Assembly: GCF_963921235.1 (NCBI RefSeq)
Contig: NC_086097.1
Span: 137,394,001-137,458,000 of the forward strand
From: Mobula hypostoma
Taxonomy: Eukaryota
Reading direction: 5' to 3'
DNA length: 64,000 nucleotides
Below are positions 1 through 12,457 of this stretch, in pieces (position 1 is the stretch's first letter; each line of letters starts with the position of its first letter). Below the pieces are notes generated by a model, which made no database searches, was not told where the DNA came from, and was given only the letters and a program-made list of their open reading frames with translations. The position numbers and the translations under genes are program-made.

Positions 1-454
1 GGCAGTAGCAGGTAGGTAAATTTCCAGTTTATGTTCTGTGTTTTCCAGCTGCATAATAACTATCGAGCAATTAACCCACTGCATTCTAAAACATGATGCC
101 TTTCAAGGAGTGACTTCATGCTGAATGACTGTGCTATGCCAAGGGCCAGGCAGCTAGAACAGTTTCTCTTGCAGAGGATCAAACGTTCATCCAAGCATAA
201 GCATCACCAGAAATATAACTAATAAGGAACCAATTGGTGGAATCATTGTTATCACAGGGAACAACCTGCAACCATATTTAAAACCACAGAATTAAATATC
301 AATGCAACAGGCTCTTTACAATACAGTATTCAAGGCGTGTGTAATCTTATATAGAATGAGCGACATAGTGGAGATGATTAGAGCTGCTGCCACAGTTTCA
401 GTGAGCTGGGTTCAATCCTCACCTCCAGAACTTTATGCTTCTTTTCTTTTTGTG

Positions 455-1550
455 AAAAACTGAATTAAACCAATGAACTCTACTCAGGCTTCCAGCCGGA
501 AACAGGTATTGATTATAACTGATTTTTTCCCCAAAAATATACTTTATTCAGAAAAATTACAAAATAAAGTTATTTACAAAAAACCATTAGTTGACTCTGA
601 GTCCTTATTCAATAAATAAAGTTATTTACAATGAATCATGCATTGACTCTCAGTTCTTATTCAAAATAAAGATTTTTACAATAAATCATTCGTTGATTCT
701 CAAACCTTAGTCAAGAATAAAACTTAGTTACAATAAAAATATTTATAGCCAGGCGTTGACTCTCATTTCTTTACCGAAGTTCCTTTACGGTCTATACCTT
801 TCCACATTTCCAGCCACTCCTGTGGCACCATGTTGATTCATCTATCCACACCGCTGATGAGGGGTATACTCCTCCACACCCAACCCCTCCCACTCCCGCG
901 GGATGTCTGAGCATGTCTAGTCCAGTGGTATTTATACCCCGCAGTCTGTCCCTCCTGATTGGTTAGTCCTTATCCAGTCAGGTTTCCGCTCTCCCACTTT
1001 GTTTACAATTGAATTCCAGTTCTTACTTAGAGCGAGAACTTTGCCTTTGTTAAAATTCTTTGCCTCTTGTTTCATTTCAATGGTTTCCTTTACCAGGTGG
1101 TCCCAAAAGCCACTGGCGTGGCACAGCAGTTTGTGCCGAAATCAATCCTATGGCCGTTGCGAATGCAGTGTTCTGCTATCACCGATTTCTCTGGGTAACA
1201 CAAACGGGTACACCTCCTGTGCTCCTTGATGCAGGTTTCCACAGTATAACCCGCCTGGCCAACATACACTGCTCTGCATTCACAGGGAATCCTGTAAATG
1301 CCAGCCAACCTGAGTCCCAGGTCATCTTTGACCCACATAAGCTGTGACTAGAGCTTCCTTACAGGTTCTAATGATCCTTCCAGGAACCGTGGAAAAATAG
1401 GGAAGACAGGTGGTAGCGACAGGTCCCTCCTTCTTGTTAGGTTTCCTGGTTTTTCCATCAGCCCTTTAAGGACCTGATTGATTTCCTTTACCTTGTAGCC
1501 ATTCTGTAGGAAAGTCATGCATTATTGTCTTATTTCCTCTGGGAGACTGA
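455..1550 (-). mobile_element. Penelope-like element fragment (GIY-YIG endonuclease plus terminal repeat), interrupted at ~523-900
   Basis: ORF 1090-1338 GIYRIPCEC..VYVGQ..IKEHRRC..EKSVIAEHC..GHRIDF is a PLE GIY-YIG signature. Confidence 0.85.
523..900 (-). mobile_element. Probable L1/Tx1-type LINE 3' end with internal ~50-bp tandem repeats
   Basis: Minus strand ends ctgaataaagtatatttttggggaaaaaa (poly(A) signal plus A tail); four degenerate units at ~544-772. Confidence 0.5.
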
Positions 1551-2317
1551 ATTAAAGTTTACAAAATTTCTAAGTTTCATTTCCATTTTAGTTTACTTTT
1601 AATTTTTCCAATCATAATGATGAACTTCTGAAAATTTAAACTTTTGACAAAGTCATTAGATCAGTTGAACAAATGTATCAGACTTTGTTACAAATGCAAA
1701 TTGATAATGCAACTGCAATTAGTGCCAAATTAAATGCAGAAAAAAAGAATGAAATAATACAATTGGTGGTCAAGAGAAGGTTAAACAGGAAGGCAAGGTA
1801 GGCACAGACTTGAGCAGGTCCATTCTACTGGTCTTTTGTACTCTATCTCCTTATAGCTATAGAAGTACTGTACTAAATCGGTAATTGGTATCTTATTATC
1901 ACGTGCATTGAGATAACAAAAAGATTTTGTTTGCGTGCCATCCAGGCAGATCATTTCATACACAAGTGCACTAAGGCAGTACAAAACAATGCAAAATAGT
2001 TAGAGCATGTGCAGTGCAGGTAGACGAATAAAGTGCAATGACCAAAGGAGATAGATTGAGAGATCAGGAATTCACCATGGCACACAAGAGGTCCATTCAA
2101 AAGTCTGGGAACAAAAATAACATTCATGTTTAATTGCCACATTTAACAGCTTCCAAGTGTCTCAAGTCTTATGCTGAACACAGCACTTAATCCAACACCT
2201 GCCCATCACCAGATATGCAGCACCAGAAATCAGCAGATCATATACTCTATTCTCAGTGGGCAAATGCGACTACTGGACTTCCAAACAAGATGCACCGGAT
2301 ACAAATAGAAAGAGAGC

Positions 2318-2369
2318 AAGTTCAAATGTTTTGAGTATTTCCAAAGTTCAAATGTTTTGAGTATTTCCA
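2318..2369. repeat. Exact 26-bp tandem duplication
   Basis: aagttcaaatgttttgagtatttcca x2. Confidence 0.95.
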
Positions 2370-2529
2370 TATGTTCCGCATATTCTTGCAACCATGTACG
2401 AAATCAATGCTGTTCAAAGCCTACCTCATATGCCGAGACTTTTTCCCTATAAAAGCAGTCATTTAAATAAAAGTTGCATCCAAGACAGTCCTGTTTAAGA
2501 GGCATGAGCCTACCTTAACATATATTTCT

Positions 2530-5520
2530 ATTACATCCATTGACAGTTCATTAAACTGTAAACAAACTGTGCAAATGCAGATAATAAATAAATAGCAATA
2601 AATAATGAGCATGAAATAACAAGATAAAAGAATCCTTAAATGAGTGTAGCTATCCCCTCTTGTACAAGAGTCTGGTGGTTGAGGGTAGTAACCGTCCTTG
2701 AACCTGGTGGTGTGAGTCCTGAGGCTCTTGTACCTTCTACCTGATGGCAGCAGCAAGAAAAGAGTATGGCCTGGGTAGTGAGGATCTTTGATGAAGGATG
2801 CTGCTTTTCTACGGCAATGTTTCATGTAGATGTACTCAATGGTTGGGAGGGTTTTAACTGTGATGTACTGGGCCGAATCCACTACATTTTGTAGGATTTT
2901 CCACTCAACGGCATTGATGTTCCCATACCATGCCATTTTGCAGCCAGTCAGCACACTTTCCATCACACACCTATAGGAGTTTGCCAAGATTTTTGATGAC
3001 ATGCCAAATCTCCACAGATTCCCAAGGAAGTAGAGGTGCTGTCAGCTTTCTTCGCAATTATATTTATATGATGGGTCCAGGCTAGGTCCTCAATTTAAAG
3101 TGTCTGACCCTCTCTACCTCTGATCCTCCGATGATTACTGGCTCATGGACCTCTGCTTTCACTCTCCTGAAGTCTACAATCAGTTCCTTGGACTTATTAA
3201 CATTGGGTACGAGGCTGTTGTTATGATGCCACTCAGCCAAATTTTCAATCTCCCTCCTCTATGCTGATTCATCATCCCCTTTGATACGGCCCACAACAGT
3301 GGTGTCATCAGCAAACTTGAATATGGTGTTGGAGCTGTACTTAGCCACTCAGTCATAGGTGTAAAGCGAGTAGAGCAGGGGGCTAAGCACACATCCCTGT
3401 GGTGCTCCTGTGCTGATGGAGATTGTGGAGGAGATGTTTTTGAACACTTGAACTGACTGGGGAAATCCAGATCCAATTGTGCAAGGGGGTATCGGGGCCC
3501 AGGTCCGATTTGTTTAGAGGGGATGACGTATTAAATGCTGAGCTGTAATAGATAAAGAGCATATTGAGGTAGGTATCTTTGCCGCCTAGATGCTCCAGGG
3601 TTGTGTGAAGAGCCAATGAGATAGCATCTGCTGTAGATCTGTTGCTTCGGTTGGTGAATTGGAGCGGGTCCAAATCACCATTCAGACAGGAGCTGATATG
3701 CTTCAAAACCAGCCTCTCAAAACACTTCATAAATATAGATGTAAGTGCCACTGGGCGATAGCCACTTCGACAGGTTACCACGTTCTTCCTGGGCACTGGT
3801 ACAACTGAAGCTTGCTTGAAGCAGGCGGGTAGGACACTCTGCCGGAGATACCTGTGAGTACACCAGCCAGCTGGTCAGCACAGGTCTTCAGTACTCAGCC
3901 AGGTACTCCGCCCAGACCGGATGGTTTATGTTACAAGGATCACCCCTTGTAATAATGCTCAGGGAGGTAGAGAGAGAATCTGCATTTACCGACAAATACC
4001 TCGATTGACTCAATGGAAGAACACGTGAACTTACACCACCAATACCTGCATGCACACCAACTAAGTTTTCCCTGACCTTCCATGGACAGTCAAAGAACAT
4101 AAAATACCAGTTAAAAAGGAATTTCTGCTGCTGGCCACGTTTCTCGTGGTCCCATCTTGAATCTCCATATATCCGTGGGGCACCTCACATCCGCGATAGT
4201 TGTTCTCTCACAGAGTTACCAACAGCACACTTGAAGCATCCAATTTATATTCATTCCTTACCATTTCTTATGTTACATTCCAGTGTACTTGACTGTAGGT
4301 CATGTGTCTGACCTTTAACTCCTTTTTATTGGCTCTACTCCAGGCCTACATCCATTTATTGCCATTTTCCCAGCAAGTGACATTCGGTAATTTGTGGCTC
4401 TTTGTTCTCAATCAGCAACCAGCTTGAATCACACAGAACAGATAGAGACTCCAACAGTCAAAACGCTGCAGAGTTGTATCCAACCAATGAACATTCTTAT
4501 TTGGAAATTATCTCTAGTCCAGCAGATTACCTGGAGCGTCATTATGTCTTCTTTAATTGATTAAGTCAAACAATTTAAGCACACAAAATGGAGAGCAGTG
4601 TGTCTTCATAAAATGGCAGACACCAATATCAAGCCTGCAGCAAGAGCAAAGACAGTTGGTCTATCTGCTTCCACTGTCCTCGATTCATTCAAATTTACTG
4701 ATTTTGTAGACTGTAGCTTCTTCTGGCCAATAGATTCGCTCTCTTGAAGGCAGCCCGTACATCACCTTCAGATACTGAGACTAAAAGCAAGCATAGAAGG
4801 TAATGAGCTCATCTGGAAGCGATGCTCTGCCGTTCTCCCATGTCTCAAGATTTCACTTTGTAGGAGATTATGGCATTCAAACCCCGCCACAGCTGTCGAG
4901 TATCCCTTGTTGATTCCAGTCTAGTCCAGAATCTCCACTTTGCCCAAGAGATGGCTTTCTGGAGATCATACCGGCATCTCTTGTAGCATTATTGATCTCT
5001 AGACTTGAATGGCTCTGACCTTGCTCTCAGCAGATTCTGGATTTCAGCCAGGGCTTCTGATTGGGGAAAACCCTGAATGATTTTGTGAGGATGCACTCAT
5101 CTACAGCTGTTTAAATAAAGTCTATAATGACCCTGGTGTAGTTATTCAAGACATCAGATGAGTTCTTGAACATGGCCCAGTCCACTGACTCAAGGCAATC
5201 GCTCTTCTGTTTCCTGCAATCAAGTTATCTTGATCTCTGGAGCCTTGCTCTGTAGGCTCTGTCTGTATGCAGGTAGTTGGAGTACAGCCAAATGAACTGA
5301 CTTGCCAAAATGCAGTCTCGGAAAGGTACGATACGCATTCTTTATCATAGTGTAGCAGTGGTCTCCTGTGTTGGGACCTCTGGTCAACAAGTTACATGCT
5401 AGTGATAATTAGGCAGGGTTTTCTTCAGACAGGCCCGGTTAAAGTCGCTGACTACAATTTGAAATGTGTTGGGATGAGCTGCTTCCTGCTGACAGTCAAC
5501 AACATACAGTTACGCAAGTG
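2530..5520 (-). mobile_element. Degenerate Rex1/Babar-clade LINE (APE, RT, C-terminus), interrupted at ~3929-4730
   Basis: YRPVALTSIFMKCFERLV..DPLQF..RSTADAISLALH..YSSAFNT; C-terminal LLPSGRRYKSLRT; FPNQKPW and LPDEL motifs at ~4800-5075. Confidence 0.85.
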
Positions 5521-6194
5521 CTTGCTTATAACCATATTACTTATCAAGTACTGATTTGTTTACATGCCCCAAGGAATTCACTCCCCCCACCCCCCCCATG
5601 TCATTCAAGGGAGATAACTACATGTTTTTTTGATGTTATCAAATGCATCCTAATGGAACAATCTGAACTGGACTGCAGAAATCAGGACATATTTGTGCTT
5701 CAAAGTGTATAAAAAGATGAAGCAGGCTGCAGGATATGACAAACAGTAGATAACTCACCTCATTATGTCGGCTTGCATCAACTACATTAAGTGTTGAAAT
5801 AAGTTTAGCAAGAAAATGGAACATCACCAAATGTTCTGCAGTGAGAAAGTCACAGTTACATCATTCCCATACTGTGGTTGACAAATGTAGGAGTTTATGT
5901 AGGAGTTTATTTATATTACATTGCCTCAGAGTGACACAATCATTAAGCACAAAATGCAGCTTCTCCGGTGTCTGCCCTTCACTTTGGTTCACTTATTTGT
6001 TCTATTCTCCTTCAAACATTGCACTGAAATTAATCTAGCCTATTCCTCACTTGCTACGTTAGCATTCTATCATTTTCTGCCTGAAGTAGTTTCTCCAGAA
6101 CTCTCCATTGGATATATAGCCTCTAGTTCAGAGCTACTGTATTGAGATAATTTGTAGTAAGAAAACTTGGACATCTGCAGAATAAAACTGATCT

Positions 6195-6570
6195 TTCAGC
6201 AATTTCTCACCTCTCCCCCTTCTCTTTTTCCATTTCCCATTTTGGTTCACTTCTTCTCACCTGTACATCAACTCCCTCTGGTGCCCTTCCTTCCCTTTCT
6301 GCCATGGTCCATTTTTCTCTCCCATCAGATTCCTTGTGCATCAGTCCTTTACCTATCACCTCCCAGCTTCTCACTTCATCAGCCCTCCCCCTCGCACGGC
6401 CTTACTTATCATTTGCCAACATGAACTCCTTCCCCTCCCTCCACCTTCTTATTCTGGCTTCTCCCCACCTTCCTTTCCAGTCCTGATGAAGGGTCTTGGT
6501 CCAAAATGTCAATTGTTTATTCCTCTCCATAGATGCTGCCAGGCCTGCTGAGTTCCTCCAGCATTCTGCT
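6195..6570 (+). mobile_element. Penelope-like terminal repeat with degenerate hammerhead motif
   Basis: Pyrimidine-rich tract, then cagtcCTGATGAagggtcttggtccaaaatgtc..gatgctgcc..gagttcctccagc. Confidence 0.75.
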
Positions 6571-7636
6571 TATTGTACAGAATAAAAGCAGCTAGTTAAT
6601 GCCAACAGAACTGGAAACATACAAATTCGCTCAATACTTGTTAGGAGATAATAGGAAAACAACAAATCAGAAGGTAGACAGGTGACACAAGAGACTGGAG
6701 ATGCAGAAAATTTAGAGCAACACAAATGAGAAAGCATCTGTGGAAAACAAAAGAAAAGCATCCCTGGAGAAAAATGAACTGTTAATATTTTGGATTGAGA
6801 CCAGTTGCCAACACTGGAAAGAGGGGGAAATAGCCAGGATAAAATGGCAGGACTTTTTTTTCTGTATCAGCAGGAGATCTGCACATTGACCTCATTTTGT
6901 ACCAGTGTAGATTTTGGCAGAATGGTCTCCTAATAGTACTAATAGAATTGATGTCCCAGAACGTCCCCTCAATTGATATTGGAAGCCATATGTTACACAA
7001 TAATTTCAAATGGTGTTAAATAGACAGATGCAGAATTGTTTTCAGTGACCAGGGGGTGTTAGGAGTCCCTGGCTGCACACAATCTTCAAAGAAGAGCATG
7101 GACATTCATGATGAGAGTAGGAGACATTGAGGACAGTGAAGGTTCAGTCATTGATTGCATACAAAATGACAATCCAAAGACTTCAGGACATTAAGGGACT
7201 CGAGGGTTATGGGATTAGTTCAGTAAAAATGCACTGAGGCAGAAGAATGAGTTATGACCTCATTGAATAATGTTTGTAATAGTGTCTGAAGTCATCATGC
7301 AGAGTTGGAGATTAACTTCTGTTATAAACACTTCTATTACAGAAAAGCTTAGGAGTTTTCAAATCCAATTAAAATCTGACAGCTCTAGGTAGTGCCCATT
7401 TGAGACACTTGAAAGGATAATCTGCATCACTTCAACCAAGATACATGGAACAGGATTTGTTACCAGGATATATATTTTTAAAAATATTCATGTATTTTGT
7501 TAAATTATAATAAATTTGGTTTGGGATAATGAAGCTGCTGCTTTTTCTTAGAGCCTCTTTAGAGAAGGAAACATACTAAGCTTCTCTAATGTGGGTCTAC
7601 AAAAGACAGTAGTCCTGCAGTATAGACCTAGGTCCT

Positions 7637-8430
7637 CACAACACGCTGGAGGAACACAGCAGGTCAGGCAGCATCCGTGGAAACGATCAATGTTTCGGGC
7701 CAGAACCCTTCGTCAGGACTGAAGAGGGAAGGGGCAGAGGCCCTATAAAGAAGGTAGGGGGAGGGTGGGAAGGAGAAGGCTGGTAGGTTCCAAGTGAAAA
7801 ACCAGTAAGGGGAAAGATAAAGGGGTGGGGGAGGGGGGCAGGGAGGTGATAGGCAGGAAAGGTGAAGGAATAGGGGGAAACACAATGGGTAGTAGAAGGA
7901 GGCGGATCCCCATTCGGATATGTCCATACATGGCCTCCTCTACTGCCATGATGAGGCTAAACTCAGGTTGGAGGAGCAACACTTCATATACCATCTGGGT
8001 AGTCTCCAGCCCCTTGGTATGAACATAGAATTCTCCAACTTCCGGTAATTCCCTCCCTTCCTCTATCCCTATTTCACTCTGCCCCCTCCCCCAGCTGCCT
8101 ATCACCTCCCTCATGGTTCCGCCTCCTTCTACTACCCATTGTTTTCCCCTATTCGTTCTTCACCTTTCCTGCCTATCACCTCCCTGCTTCCCCTCCCCCA
8201 CCCTTTTATCTTTCCCCTTACTGGTTTTCCACCTGGAACCTAGGAGCCTTCTCCTTCCCACCCTCCCCCCACCTTCTTTATAGGTCCTCTGCCTCTTCCC
8301 TCTACAGTTCTGACGAAGGGTTCCAGCCCAAAACGTTGACTGATCATTTCCACGGATGCTGCCCATCCTGTTGAGTTCCTCCAGCGTGTTGTGAGTGTTG
8401 CTTTGACCCCAGCATCTGCAGAATATTTTG
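7637..8430 (+). mobile_element. 5'-truncated Penelope-like element: inverted terminal repeat, GIY-YIG C-terminus, direct terminal repeat
   Basis: Arms 7637-7906 and 8118-8393 are reverse complements. The spacer encodes HSDMSIHGLLYCHDEAKLRLEEQHFIYHLGSLQPLGMNIEFSNFR*. Confidence 0.85.
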
Positions 8431-9609
8431 TATTTAGACCTAGATCCTCCTAAGCATATTTCAAAGACTTCTCAACTGTCCGCAAAACACTTTGGGAGAA
8501 TTTGTGGAAGGTATTATGGTAATGCACATCCTTCTTCAGCAAGTGGTATCAAACTTACAATGCAATTTGCAGCTGTTTACAAATTAACAACAGACTATTA
8601 CCTGAACAAGACAAAGACGAACCATGGGATCTCAGATGATGACCATCTACAAAAAAGTCAAATTTCAGTTCTGCAACTACAGAAGGGGCCATCTGCTGTC
8701 TGCCCTTGGGAAGGTCTTCTGAAATGATCTCTCCAAAACACCTTTCAGCTACTGAAGAGATGCCTTCACGGCATGGATTCTATCCATCTAGGTGGCACAA
8801 TTAATGTAACCTTCTGTGTAATAATACTTTAAAAAGTATTTTTTTTATTTGTGCAATGTCCACTATAAACATGAATTTTTGACTGTAAAAGTCTTTGATA
8901 TCAATCCAGAGACTTGGGAGTGTTTTTCTCAAATTTAGCTACCTCAAATTTACCCCAAAGACTCCTTGAAAATTAATACCTCTCGGTATTTCTTGGAAAC
9001 TCAACACCATGATGAAAGCAAAATTATTAAATGACCTCAAGTTCCTGTTTGAAAAGCAAATGAAAGACTAAAAGCATCAAAATATTTCTCATACTATCTA
9101 TGCATCAGCACCTCCAGCTTCAGCTGTGGCACATTTGGAGAACCCCTGCTAAACTCATAAAACTGAAGTCAGTCATCCTCACACGATGGCCTTAGATTAG
9201 AAAACCAAAATGAAAACAGAAAATGCCAGAAACACTCAGCAAGAACATCTGTGGAAGGAAAAACCTGAACTATTTCACCTTCCACAGGTGCCGCTTCATC
9301 TGTTAAATGTTTCCAGCAACTTCTAATTCTATGTCTCTTCGTTTAGAAAATGTTTCACCTTTTGAAAGCCATCACAACTGATGCTTTATTACTTTTGCAT
9401 TTTTGCCCCCGACAGTCCTCCACAGAAATTTACTGACAGGAAGCATTTTTTAGCAACCTATTGGCGTCAACCTTCGGTACAGTTGACTCAGCTTACAGGA
9501 AAAAATTGTTTTGTTGAAGATTGGCACACCCTTTGCGGGTTTATAGATTTTATCTGACTTGCATAATATTAAAAATGTGCAAAGAGGGGGAGGGGGAATA
9601 ATTAATACT

Positions 9610-10450
9610 CGCGGAGGTCAGCCACACCCTCACCTTACAGGTGCAAACCTGCTGCCGGTTACAACGTTGACACCACACCTCAAAGTCCTACCCCTCCATG
9701 GTATGACGCGCGTAGCCGGCTCGTCACAGCCCTGCCCCCGCCCCTACCGCGAGCTGCTTTTGACGTTGAAGGGGATGCGCAGTTGAGTGCTGCGCAGGTC
9801 GCTCGAGCCCGAGCTTGTGTTTGCAGCTGTCGGTTTGCGCGGCGCTGGGAACTGCGCCGGTGACGGGATTACGGGAATTTCACATCCGAGGCCGTCCACT
9901 TGCCTGCGCCGTCTTGCTGCTCCTCAGATCCCTCGCGTGGTTAGGTCCGGAGAGGATTAAACCGAGCGATCGCAGGCTTTGGTTAAGGTGAGCGGGCGAA
10001 GAGCCGTGCTCGGAAGCCAGGTGAGGCGAAGTGCCAGTTCTCGCCCGTTTCTGCTCACATCACCTCCCCCAACTCCCCCTCTCCGCTCGCTCCGACGGTG
10101 CTTGTTGCTTCGGGGTGATCGCGGCCGCCTTCGCCCTTCACCCTTCACCGAGGGCTGCGCGAGAGTGAGGCGCTCGCCATCCGGGCCTTCGGTGAGCCCT
10201 GCGCCGCCAGCAACGGAACGCCCGCGAGGGCAGGCGCGGTCGCCACGGTAACCGGCTCGGTTGCGAGCAGGAGGAGGCGGGAGCCGTGCACCTAGGTTTG
10301 GTTCGCTCTGGCCCCGCCCCTTCCCCTCCCCTCCCCTTCCCAGGGGGCTGCGGCGACTTGGGTGAGCCACAGTGGCAAGGTGGCTCTTTCTATCGGGTTT
10401 TACTTGACATTCGTGTACTGATGCATTCCCTCCATCCGATCGCTGGTCCA
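9610..10450. promoter_or_regulatory. CpG island; probable SNRK promoter and non-coding first exon
   Basis: The only long GC/CpG-rich non-repeat stretch. Contains GC boxes (cccccgcccc ~9736, ggccccgcccc ~10310), TGACG half-CRE sites and an NRF1-like tgcctgcgc (~9901). Plus-strand donors AAG|GTGAGC (9988) and CAG|GTGAGG (10021). Confidence 0.8.
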
Positions 10451-11727
10451 GGAAAACTCATATTCCATCTCCCTCTTCTTAAAGGCAATACTTGAAGCAA
10501 TACCATTTTCATCCGGTAAATAGTCAGCGATCTACTACAGATGCTGTCTTACTTGCTGAGTGTATCCAGTATATTTTGCTTTTATTTCAGATTTCCAGTA
10601 TTTACATTCTTTTGCGTTCCAACTTCGCCAACTGGTCCCATGCGTTTGACCTCAGCCTTGTCATTGCTATCTATACTCACTTCTGTAGCATTGCTGACTT
10701 TCGCTTTTCCTTGGCTCATTTTCTGCTGAAATCATCATTTGCCATTGTTTTTTCTGGTCTTGACTATTCCGTCACATTCCAAACCTGCCTCCCTCAATAT
10801 ATTCTGTGAAGTACAGTGGTCATACACAGCTGTCCTTTGTGACAGTGATTCCTGATCACTCGTCTTTCTTATGCACAATGATCCACATTGCCTGCCGGTT
10901 AACCAATGTGTAAGTTTACATTCTCTAATAAATTTTTGCTGCCCTTTTTTGCTTTGCTGCAAACTTCAGCACAGTACCTCTTCAAAATACCTGCACTCCA
11001 ATTTTTATCTCTTGACAATTCCCAGTTTTATTGCTTTTCTATTGGTTGTACTTTCCTTTGCCAAGGTCATAAACTCTGAAATTTCCTTGCTTGACCATGG
11101 GAGGCAGTGATTAAGGAAGAAATCTTTTCTATTTTTACAATGCATTTTAAACCTGTGACTTTGCTGACTTGATTTTTGAAGTTACCATGCAGCATCTTGT
11201 GGTTCCTCCACTGACCATATCTCAGTTGCTTACAATGTACGTGCTGTTTCCTTTTACATAAAATTAGTTCACATTTAAAGAGAAAATTGCATTTTTCTGT
11301 CAGTTATGGCTTTTGATTAGGTCAGTATGGCATTGATTCTGCAATGTAATTGGTTATTAATTTTCCTGGAGCATTGGTTACAGTAATTCAAACGTTGCAT
11401 CAGCCTTATTGTAAATGTCATCTTTTTTTAAGGCTACAGAATTTAATTATGTCGCAATGCAAAATCTGGGTAGTTGGCGCTACTTTGCGCATCTGTCATT
11501 TTGTATCCTCATATAACCCCTCAACAACCCTCTTCAACTTTTTTTAAATAATCACTGGGTTCTTGTGCATTTTGTTTTTTGTTTGCCATAAAGCAACTGC
11601 TGATTTTTTTTTTATTTAAACAAGCCCCCTTTTTTTGTTGAGTTGTTACAGATTTTTGATGACGCCCTTTAACCAGTAAGTAGGTATAGTGGTTCAGCCC
11701 GGCTGTAAGAACCCAATCTCTGACACA

Positions 11728-12457
11728 GTGTCAAGAAAACAGCCTCTCCCTCAATGTCGCAAAAACAAAGGAGCCGGTTGTGGATTACAGGAGGGATGGA
11801 GACGGGCTAACCCCTAATGACATCAATGGATCTGGGGTTGTGAGGGTAAACAGCTTCAAGTTCCTTGGCATTCATATCACCAACAACCTCACATGGTTTG
11901 TACACCCCAGCTGTGTGGTGAAAATGGCACAAGAGCGCCTATTTCATCTCAGACCGTTGAGGAAGTTTGGTATGGGCCCCAAACCCTAAGAACTTTCTAC
12001 AGGGGCAGAATTGAGAGCATCCTCACTGGCTGCATCACTGCCTGGTATGGGAACTGTATCTCCCTTAATTACAGGCTCTGCAGAGAGTGGTGTGGACAGC
12101 CCACCGCATCGGTACTTGTGAACTTCCCATGATTCAAGACATTTACAAGGACAGATGTGTAAAAAGGGCCTGTAGGATCATTGGGGAGCCGAGTGACCCC
12201 AACCACAATCTTTTCCAGCTGCTGCCATCTGGGAAATAGTACTGCAGCATAAAAGCCAGTACCAACAGGCTCTGAGACAGCTTCTTTCACTAGGCCATCA
12301 GACTGATTAACTCACGCTGATGTTACATTGGCTGTTCTATTTATTATAAGTTACGATGATTGCACACTTGGAGAAGTAACATAAAGATTTTTACTCCTCA
12401 TGTATGAGAAGGATATAAGAAATAAAGTCAATTGAATTCAATTCAATCAATTCAATT
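11728..12457 (+). mobile_element. Rex1/Babar LINE 3' fragment
   Basis: SFKFLGIHITNNLTW and IESILTGCITAWYGNC motifs; AATAAA then an (ATTCA)n-like tail. Confidence 0.85.

Noticed and set aside
544..772. Possible CRISPR-like array
   Set aside because: Units are degenerate tandem copies without unique spacers, the context is eukaryotic and there are no cas genes.
8428..8727. 99-aa ORF and nearby minus-strand splice-like signals at ~8602
   Set aside because: Non-ATG start, no recognisable homology, and ambiguous exon boundaries.
9957..10495. Arg/Pro/Gly-rich ORFs in the CpG island
   Set aside because: Expected by-product of high GC; no recognisable domain.
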